NCBI GenBank assembly: GCA_964016885.1
Contig: OZ024743.1
Span: 102,920,001-102,984,000, forward strand
Reading direction: 5' to 3'
DNA length: 64,000 bases
DNA from: Eledone cirrhosa
Lineage: Eukaryota
Shown piece after piece: positions 54,911-64,000 of this stretch (position 1 is the first letter of the stretch; every line of letters starts with the position of its first letter). The position numbers and the translations under genes were made by a program. Below the pieces are notes generated by a model. The model ran no database searches and was not told the DNA's origin. It saw only the letters and a program-made list of their open reading frames with translations.

Positions 54911-54955
54911 AATATTGCTGATGAGTTGTAACAACAACGAAACTAGTTCAATATT
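54911..54955 (+). ncRNA. Type I minimal hammerhead ribozyme
   Basis: AATATTG-CTGATGA-GTTGT-aaca-ACAAC-GAA-ACTAGT-T-CAATATT: intact core, 7-bp stem I, 5-bp stem II, palindromic stem III. Confidence 0.88.
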
Positions 54956-55378
54956 CCTTGTCTGGCTTTCTGGTGAATAGGGGGAAGGTGTTCCCCCGAA
55001 AACCCAGTATGACTCTAAAAACCGGTTTGTCTGTGTGCTTACATACAGAATAGCTGGGCCGCTCACTGTAAAGCGACCAGTGAAAGACTTGGTACACCTA
55101 CATATGTATACGTGTGTGTATTCATATACACACTAGTATTTCAGTATGCATATGTAGATGTACATTTTTAACTTAATTGTTTAAGCGTCAGTCATACAAA
55201 AGTGAGTTACAAACGAAACGAAATTTAATTTCGTTTCGTTATTTGTTTTTATCGTCTCCGCTGAACCGGTGCGTACTCACACTCTATGCAAATTTGTCTG
55301 CCCACTACTAATTTTCATAGAAAAAGCATATAACGATATGTGCTTTTACAATTCTCCAGAAAGGCCGGTAGATAGGTA

Positions 55379-55423
55379 AATATTGCTGATGAGTTGTAAC
55401 AACAACGAAACTAGTTCAATATT
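55379..55423 (+). ncRNA. Type I minimal hammerhead ribozyme
   Basis: Identical to 54911-54955, 468 nt downstream. Confidence 0.88.
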
Positions 55424-55719
55424 CCTTGTCTGGCTTTCTGAAGAATAGGGGGAAGGTGTTCCTCCGAAAACCCAGTATGACTCTAAAAACCGGTTTGTCT
55501 GTGTGTTTACATACAGAATAGCTGGGCCGCTCACTGTAAAGCGACCAGTGAAAGACTTGGTACACCTACATATGTATACGTGTGTGTATTCATATACACA
55601 CTAGTATTTCAGTATGCATATGTAGATGTACATTTTTAACTTAATTGTTTATATATATATATATAGTAAGAATATTTTCGAAACAGCGAGTGGGTTTGAA
55701 ATGATTAGAAATGTAAGCT

Positions 55720-55946
55720 ATCGCCGTATTTTGACTAAAGAAATTATTTAGCCTGATAGTGGGGTTAAGAACCCTCGGAGAAATGGAAAAAGATGAGTAT
55801 TGACGTACATGGGAGTCGAACCCACATCTTTGGTTATCGACTCCCATGTACGTCAATACTCATCTTTTTCCATTTCTCTGAGGGTTCTTAACCCCACTAT
55901 CAGGCTAAATAATTTCTTTAATTTCTTTAGTCAAAATACGGCGATA
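55720..55946. repeat. ~100-bp-arm hairpin with 17-nt loop
   Basis: atcgccgtattttgactaaag..catgggagtcga versus tcgactcccatg..ctttagtcaaaatacggcgat. Confidence 0.88.
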
Positions 55947-55966
55947 CCTTATATATATATATATAT

Positions 55967-56591
55967 ATAAATGGAAAAAATGAAATTTCATTTCTCACTC
56001 TTAGTACGGCTGATACTTAAATATAAGTATGTATACGTACATACATATATGTATACAGACGTACAGTAGTATGTATATACATACATACATGCACACACAT
56101 TTATATATATGTACGTATGTGTTTACCGAACATCTTAACGATAATAAAGAAAGGAGTGCGGGACTGCATCCAGAATATATATTGTTTACCCCGTTTGTAA
56201 AATAAGTTGGATTACTTTGAATAAATAATGAATGAATACTACATAATTTATCTACTAAATTTCGTGGCTGTTTATTAAATATATTTTATAGCTTATTTAA
56301 AGATTCACTTCTTTAAAATCGTATTAGCTGTCATGAGCACCGTATATCTTCCTGACAGTTGATTGAACGTTTGAAAGTATATACTTTCCTTATGCATATT
56401 AACGGCTGAGCAGCCTAATTTGCATATCGAGTGAGTTAGTCGGCCGGACGTACCGAAAACGATAAATGGAAAAAATGAAATTTCATTTCTCACTCTTAGT
56501 ACGGCTGATACTTAAATATAAGTATGTATACGTACATACATATATGTATACATACGTACAATAGTATGTATATACATACATACATGCACGC

Positions 56592-56625
<34 letters not shown>

Positions 56626-56650
56626 ACGTATGAATTTACCGAACATTTAT
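55967..56650. repeat. ~180-bp direct repeat pair, period 495
   Basis: ataaatggaaaaaatgaaatttcatttctcactcttagtacggctgatac.. at 55967 and 56462. Confidence 0.85.
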
Positions 56651-56679
56651 TATAATGCTCGATTTGTTTGTAAACATTC

Positions 56680-57355
56680 ACTTTTGTAGTATGTTCGTAT
56701 GGCGGCTAAAGTGACAACCATCAGCAACAACCATCCAGCCACCAGTGAACGATATGTGGGTATGAGGCAAGACAAATTCAAAACGCGTTATTACTCACAT
56801 GTCGCATCCTTTCGACATCCAGAAAAAAGATTTACAACAGCTCTGGCTAGCAGAACTTGGGATTTGAAAGACCAAGACATCCAATATAAATTGGATTGGT
56901 CAATTTTGAACCAATCTAAAGAATATGCAAGAGGAACAAGAAAATGCACGCTTTGCATAAATGAAAAATATTGGATCTTGCAAAATCTTAAATCACCAAA
57001 GACCTGCCTGAACACAAAAACGGAAATTTTCACCAGTTGCCCACACATGAAATCACACCTGCTTTCCAGCTCATATAAACTTAACACACTTTCAGATACT
57101 TATCCTCCATAAACTCTTATTATTCTCTTTATAATTACCCTTTCTGATTTACTTTAATTTTTATCCTTATTATTAATTTCATTTATTTTTACTTTTATTT
57201 TTATTTTTATATATTTTTTTATTCTTACTTCACATCCACCAATAACCCCCCCCCCCCCCTTTATTCTCCGATTCACTTACCTAATATGTTCACTTTCCAT
57301 TTTTTACTTCCCTATTTTCTTCACTAACTGATTAGACAGGTCACTTGCGTTTTCC

Positions 57356-57389
<34 letters not shown>

Positions 57390-57692
57390 GTGCAGCCAAT
57401 CTTATAATTTTATATTTGTAAATACTTATCCACAAGTTTTTTACACCCTGTATCTATGTGTCTGAACGCCTTAATGTGTGTATACTTTCTATATATGTAC
57501 ACGAGCGCCTACGTATGTGCGCGCGCGTGCGTGTATATATATATATATATATATATATGTATGCGTATGTGTCTTTATATCCGTGTTTTTACATCTAGGT
57601 TTTTTGTTTTGTTACTTTTTTCTTCCTCCCCTTTTTTTACATCCTCATTTTTATGCGTGTGTATTCAAACAGGTCAATATGCGTGAGTGTAA

Positions 57693-57759
<67 letters not shown>

Positions 57760-58400
57760 TATCGAATGTATGGATGTGTAAGTGTGCGTGTGTATATAAG
57801 CATGTATATTTTTGTGTTTCTTTTGTGAGATATACGTGTGTGTGTATGCGTGTACCTTGTTTGTCTTCTTTTCTTTAATTTTTTCTTTCTAAATTATTGT
57901 TCCATTTTTATAAATATATCGAGATTGATACTTTCCTTTAATTATTACACTCCCTTACCTCTTTTACTTCCACTTATAAGTGTACGTGTGTGTAGGTGTG
58001 TTTATGCGCGTGCCTTCATATTCTTATGATGTATCTATTCTGTCTGTAGTTTACAGACACACAGATACTTTTGTCCTAAAATATATATTTACGCACACTT
58101 TTTCACTATACGTATATATTTGTGCATACACATATATGCACATCCGTGAGCGTATATACATACATATACACACACCTAACTATATTTCTTGAAAGATTTT
58201 TATATATTTCATATTGTAATTCATTTGTCTATATATTTTTTTTGCTTTTCTTGATGAGACTTTCCAAGTATTTACCCATGTTTTATATTGCCTCGTCTGA
58301 CGAACGAATGAAGACGTTTCTTTCGTATTCGCCTCATTCGGGAAACCTCTGGTAATGAGGTAATTATATTGTATTGATTTTTATACATTATATATATATA
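56680..58400 (+). mobile_element. 5'-truncated PLE (GIY-YIG, long 3' UTR, hammerhead)
   Basis: ORF 56699..57112 YVGM..KFKTRYYSH..CTLCINEKYWIL..LNTKTEIFTSCPH. Confidence 0.85.
58291..58360 (+). ncRNA. Type I hammerhead ribozyme with long stem II
   Basis: CCTCGT-CTGACGA-a-CGAATGA..TCATTCG-g-GAA-ACC-tct-GGT-A-ATGAGG. Confidence 0.78.
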
Positions 58401-58410
58401 TACACAGATT

Positions 58411-58656
58411 CATTGTAGGTCGCCTTAAACCGTCTTTTATTATTCAAAAAACTTCTTGCCAATAAACATTAACCCTTTGTGCGCCATTCATTTAACTGTA
58501 GACCAAAAAATACAAATGACAAGAACGATGGCGAATGAATGTTCGAGATAAGCAGTTTCCTCCCGAGATGTTAGTTCACGCGGTATTCTCTGCTACACCT
58601 TTTCGTAATAATACTGAACAACGTACTGCTGGTCACTCCTCCAAAAGCCGTACAAA

Positions 58657-58754
<98 letters not shown>

Positions 58755-59307
58755 ATATATATATATATGTTATAAGAACAGATTAAAGTTTAAGCAACAT
58801 TAACGGGATCTTCTGAAACTAAAAAATTTAATCTGTGAACGCAGAAGTAAATATTTCGAGAAACGTTGCAACCGAAGGAAAACAGGAAGACGATATTTTG
58901 GTTCGTGAAGACGTTCGCTGGTAATGAACGGGAAAAAAAGCGAGGATAATACGTCGTTATGTGGACCGCGAAGAACAATTTCATGCAAAGACAAGACCAA
59001 GTTTATGGTATAAATGGAGTCGTTAGACAAATATTCTATTTAAAATAACAGAATGATTTCCAGCCTCGGAGTTTAAGAATGATGTAAATAAAATTGAAAA
59101 CGAAAATGACAGAGGTTATTAAAATAGTAAAAGTAAATAGTGAAGATTTAGGCCAGTACATACTTATGCGCCGACGGACATACACCCACAAACACACACA
59201 CCCACCCCCACACACACACACACACACACGCAAACGCACGCACGCACACACACACACATGCACACACACACACACACACACACACACCACACACACCACA
59301 CACACCA

Positions 59308-59377
<70 letters not shown>

Positions 59378-59716
59378 GTGCGCGTATATATAAATCTCAT
59401 GCATTTCTACAGTATTTTCACCAAACTTAAGACATAGGTTACTTATGTACTCCGGATGGTATGGGCACTTTCATTTTTCTAGATATTGATTATAGGGTCG
59501 CCCGCCTGATAACCACTTTAACCACTTCCTTCGAGTTGACTGAACTCTCAGAATTGGCACATATTGAGTAGGGGACCCCTGGGGGCAGGAACCCCCTTTT
59601 GGAAATAGCCGAGGATTTTGTAAAAGTATAGTTTTCGAAGCAGTACTGAAGTATTGACATAAATTGTATACACAGCTGCTATTTAATACCCGAGCAACGC
59701 TGGGTACCTCTGCTAG
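58411..59716 (+). mobile_element. Non-autonomous Helitron-like element, copy 2
   Basis: Colinear with 21058-22455; ends tacccgagcaacgctgggtacctctgCTAG|T. Confidence 0.7.
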
Positions 59717-59734
59717 TATATATTAAAATAAGAG

Positions 59735-60110
59735 ATTTTTACCAATAGAGAGAGAGTCGGTTTCTAACATAGACACAAGACTCTCTCCTCTGAACATCAA
59801 ATGAATTTGCCTTAAAAGAACTGGTCTACACCATTAGATGCAAACGAAGTCGCAGGTTTTATATCAGAGTGCCCCGCTCCCAGAAAGATGTCTTAATGAA
59901 AACTAGGAATCTCTCGCTTCATCGCTTCACAAAAGAAATGTACATACATACATAAAAAATATATGTAAAACATTCCAAAAATGTTGCATCTAATAACTGC
60001 ATATACACATGTACAGATACAAAGCATATACACATGCACACATACAACTCAAAACATACACATCCACACATACAATAACATCTACACATGTCTGCCTGCA
60101 TGCATACATA
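59735..60110. mobile_element. Fragments of R4/Dong family B 3' end (59735-59790 minus; 59957-60110 plus) with an RTE 5'-like piece between
   Basis: Matches 32938-33090 and the reverse complement of 33124-33175. Confidence 0.7.
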
Positions 60111-60154
60111 ATCTATTCTAGTCCTTTAACTGTGAAGTTGTCATATTCATGTTA

Positions 60155-60214
<60 letters not shown>

Positions 60215-60228
60215 CAAATAACTTAATT

Positions 60229-60263
<35 letters not shown>

Positions 60264-60492
60264 ATAATAGAACCGTGTGGAAATGGAAGCAACAATAGAA
60301 ACATAAAATTTAAATCTCCGAAGCCGTTTATGAAAGTATTGAAGAAGACAAGAAAACACACTTCGATCTTCCGGCGTGGAAGAGGCTCCTATCAGAAGAA
60401 ACCGAATCATTTTTCTTACCTGTTATCCAAACCTGGCTAGACACAGAACACTGCACAAACATTCTAAACGTTCTATAGAGTTATGAAATAAT

Positions 60493-60743
60493 TGTTTCTA
60501 CTTTAGGCACAAGGCCAGTAATTACACAGTACATTACTGGTACTTTATTTTATCGACCCTGTAAGGATGAAAGGCAAAGTCAACCTCGGCGGGATTTGAA
60601 CTCAGATCGTAAAGGGACGTAACTATGCTGGAAAGCATGACGTCCGACTCTCTACCAATACTGCCAATCCACCGCCATAGAGTTATGAAATAATTGTTTC
60701 TACTTTTGGCACAAGGCCAGCAATTACCCAATGCATTACTGGT
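60493..60743 (-). mobile_element. SINE family A plus a second 3'-only fragment
   Basis: Full copy 60493-60677; 17-mer tagagttatgaaataat occurs three times. Confidence 0.85.
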
Positions 60744-61108
60744 TAGAGTTATGAAATAATACATATGAATAAGCCATAGATGACGAACATCATTAAGTAA
60801 TGTCAGTTTCATGAGGAGATAAAACGCCACCATCCTTTTGAAGGAAAAAAAAAAACAAAAAAACACAAGGGATTGACACTCCAAATTCACTATTCTCCTT
60901 TTACTTTGCCCCACTTTTCAAGTTAAATGACACGACGGTTCAGTTATATTCAAATATTGAAAGCGCGTCCATTGAGAATATCGTTACGGTGTTTGCGAAA
61001 ATGTAAAACAAATCTTTATATCCCATCAGAAATGTTAACTTTTATTTCTATATATTTTATTTATATAATTGTCTGTTGGTGGATTTTGTATTTCGCTCTA
61101 TATCTTCA

Positions 61109-64000
61109 CCATTAACAAGAGGAAGGCAACGACGACAACAGTGTCATTAACAACAACAACTCAGCCATTAACAAGAGGAAGCCAAGCCCAGCATTAGTGA
61201 CTCACCACCAGCCACTAGGTCCTATAACAAACTGCTAAGTTGCTCGCATGTGTGCTTGCTGAACTCTAGGTCTTTCCGCTGAGAACAACTCCTTATTTTC
61301 TACACCCCACCCCTCCTTTTTGTGTACATCTATCCATTCACTCATTCATTTACTACCATTCTACCTTCCTGTGTCTCCCCCTCCATGCAGCCCCTTCTTT
61401 TCTCTCTTGTTTTCTGGCACCTCCATATATATAGGTGAGCTATGAGGCCCTCTTACTAACACTTTCACTTCTACACACACACGCCAGCAACCCACCCCTG
61501 ATGCCGCTCGGTGCCCTACACCCCATCCCCCACCTCTCCAAGCCGACACATGCAGCATTTGCAACACCAATAACAGACGGAAGAGGGATAGGAATTGTTT
61601 GGGGTGCGGCTGCTTCCACCACCTCACCTGCGTTGGCTTGACTCGTCGAGCTTCCAATGCCCTCACAGAGTGGAGGTGCAGGAGCTGCCTCTTCCCCACG
61701 TCTTCCCAGCCACGGCCGTCTGGCACACCACCAGATGGGACAGCGTGCTTGCCTGATGCCCGAGGCTCGCTGGTCAACATCGCTCGGCTGAGACGGCTCC
61801 GGAAGATCCCACTCAGGATCCCGAGAGCGGCACGGGTGCCGGTAGCCGATGCCCTCGCTTCTTCGATTGAGAGCGCCCTGGACTCCAATCGAGCCAGTGA
61901 CTGGGAGCGGTTGTTCTATCTCACCCCACTCGCCCTCGGCCTCCCCAGCTCTGGCGCTGACAGGGCCGACCGGTCAACAGCAGCCTTCGTCAAGGCCAAT
62001 ATCTCGTTCTTTGGGCGAGCGCCCATTCCAAGCATACTCAGGGACGCCACATATCCCACCCTCAGGTACCCCCTATCCTCCACCCCCGAGGCCAGCGCCA
62101 AGCGTTTGCGTGACCAGGTAAACGCAAAGCTTATCATGGGTGATGTCTCGGCCGCAGTCAGAGTTGTTGCTTCAGAGGACACTGTCCTCCAACCCACCGA
62201 GGAGGTCCTGGTTGCTCTGCGACGCAAACACCCTGAGCCACCCACTGATATCAGAGCCATACCCCCACCCGACTCCCACTTGCTCCTTGTGGCTACTGAT
62301 GCAGACATCATGTCCGCCATCAGGTCCTTCCCAGCTAGCAGCTGCGGAGGTGATGTTGGTCTCCGACCAGGCCACCTCAAAGAGTTGGCACCCTCTCCGC
62401 TGAGGCCGGGCTCCACCTTCTGAGTGCAATTGTGGCACTCACCAATAGGCTCATCCATGGTGCCCTGGACCCTTACGCCCGAGAGCTCTTTTTTTCGGCC
62501 AGTCTCAACACTCTCAGGAAGAAAGAGGGTGGCATACGCCCCATTGCTGTGGGCAATGTCTTCCGGAGGCTGGCTGCCAAGTTGATCTGCAAGTCCGTCA
62601 CACACGAACTGGGTGAGGAGTTTAGTCCGATGCAACTGTGTGTCGGCGTGTCCGGTGACTGTGAGGGGGCCGCTCATGCAACCAGGCAGTTCTTCAACAG
62701 CTGCCCATCGGAACCGGCATCCAGAGAATCCAGGCACTTCATTGTCAAGCTTGACATGAGGAATGCCTTCAACTCTTTACGCCGGGATCATTTGCTCGAA
62801 GCCTGCCTCAGCTGAGCCCCCTCTGCCTACCAGCTGACCTACCTGTCATATGGAGTCCCGAGCATGCTCCTTGCTGCTGATACGGTCATACCCTCGGCAA
62901 CTGGGGTCCAACAGGGCGACCCTTTGGGACCCCTCCTGTTCGCCCTTGGTATTGACCACATCGCCCGGAGTATCACGGCCCCTCTCAACGTTTCGTATCT
63001 GGATGATGCTACGTTGGGCGGGCCCGTATGGACGATCTGCCATGACCTTCAATCGGTGGTTCCTGCCCTGGCGGGAATCGGCCTCCAGGTCAGCTCGTCC
63101 AAGTCGGAGGTGTTGAAAGTCAGTCTCGATGCTTCGAGCTTTGCAGCCTCCGTCTTGGACGTGCGGTCCTTTCTCCGCCAGGTTCAGGTGACTCCCAAAG
63201 AGGATGACCTCATCCTTGGGTCACCGATCCACCCGCCTGCCATCCGCTCCACCATCAGGTCCAGGCTTCAACAGCTCCAGGCTCTCACGAGCCGACTGGG
63301 CTTGATTGATGGCTACCCAGCTCTCTTTCTGCCGAGGAACTGCTTCGCCAAGCCGAAGTTGCTTTATACACTCCGCAGCGCTCCATGCTACACCCAGACA
63401 TCTCTCCTCGCTGACTTCGATACATGTATCCGAGCAGCAGCCGAGGGGATATGCAACGTCAAGTTTGACGACATAGGGTGGCAACAGGCCACTTTACCTA
63501 TCAGGTATGGCGGCTTTGGCCTCCGGTCCCCGATCTCACTAGCTTTGCCGGTGTATCTATCGTTGGTAACCTCGTGCCGCATCCTCGTCAGCAGGGTTCT
63601 TCAAAACAAAACAGAACCCTCTGTGTTCAGAGAACGTGAGGCCGCCTGTGAGACGTGGAACTGGCTGGGACTTAGCCCAGTAGACGTCCCTCCTCCTTCT
63701 CCCTCTGTTGTCGTCAAGTCCCCCCAACGTACTTGGGATGCCATCCAGTGCAGCCAGGCGTCAGAGAGGCTCACGTGCAATCTCGACCAGCACCGCCTTG
63801 CTTGTTTTCGTGCGGCCTCCAAACACCACAGTGGTTCCTGGCTCCATGCTCTGCCCTCCTCCTCCACCCGCTTTCCTGCCGCCACAGTCCCGGCCGCAAT
63901 CCACACCATGCTGCCCTCAACAAGGTCATTAAGCATGGCTTGGACGCTGCAGGCTTCCCTTCCCAGCTCGAGCCGGTGGGGCTGGATCGAGGGGTCAGCA
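61109..64000 (+). mobile_element. CRE-clade RLE non-LTR retrotransposon, cut by the window end
   Basis: GC-rich island; KKEGGIRPIAVGNVFRRLAAK, KLDMRNAFNSLRRD, GVQQGDPLGPLLFAL, YLDDATLG, LPIRYGGFGLR, GSWLHALP, HAALNKVIK..LEPVGL. Confidence 0.88.
61446..64000 (+). pseudogene. CRE polyprotein (N-terminal PHD finger, RT, start of RLE), disrupted
   Basis: In-frame CSIC..CLGC..HLTC..WRCRSC at 61551-61690; frameshift near 62400, stop at 62813. Confidence 0.8.

Larger units (their letters stand above)
54203..55650 (+). mobile_element. 468-bp hammerhead-containing tandem repeat (about 2.3 direct copies plus an inverted 5' copy); retrozyme or PLE pseudo-LTR array
   Basis: Direct units from 54557 with period 468; 54203-54556 is an inverted partial copy; bounded by (TA)n. 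Confidence 0.85.

Noticed and set aside
54389-55534. Repeated MSGPAILYV.. ORFs as a peptide gene family
   Set aside because: GTG starts, antisense to the hammerhead strand, and simply a by-product of the 468-bp repeat.
55795-55845. tRNA gene
   Set aside because: Only a T-arm-like fragment; no cloverleaf.
61916-62737. 273-aa minus-strand ORF
   Set aside because: Antisense shadow of the GC-rich CRE coding region.

Overview
AT-rich, microsatellite-dense eukaryotic DNA. The repeat families resemble those of coleoid cephalopods such as Octopus (inference from recall, not a search). I see no convincing host protein-coding exon; almost all ORFs in the track are microsatellite or antisense artefacts. 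The window is a mosaic of transposable elements. It holds a nearly intact R4/Dong-clade non-LTR retrotransposon (one extra A in an A10 run) sitting in a (CATA)n-derived satellite, and a CsRn1-like Ty3/Gypsy element with both LTRs, a tRNA-Trp PBS and a -1 frameshift signal. It also holds a PHD-finger CRE-clade element running off the right end, several Penelope-like elements (PLEs), L1/Tx1 and RTE fragments, two non-autonomous Helitron-like copies and many tRNA-derived SINEs. The most notable non-coding signal is a set of hammerhead ribozyme (HHR) motifs. Among them is a young 468-bp tandem-plus-inverted repeat (54203-55650) carrying three intact minimal type I hammerheads with a palindromic stem III, which looks like a retrozyme or PLE pseudo-LTR array.
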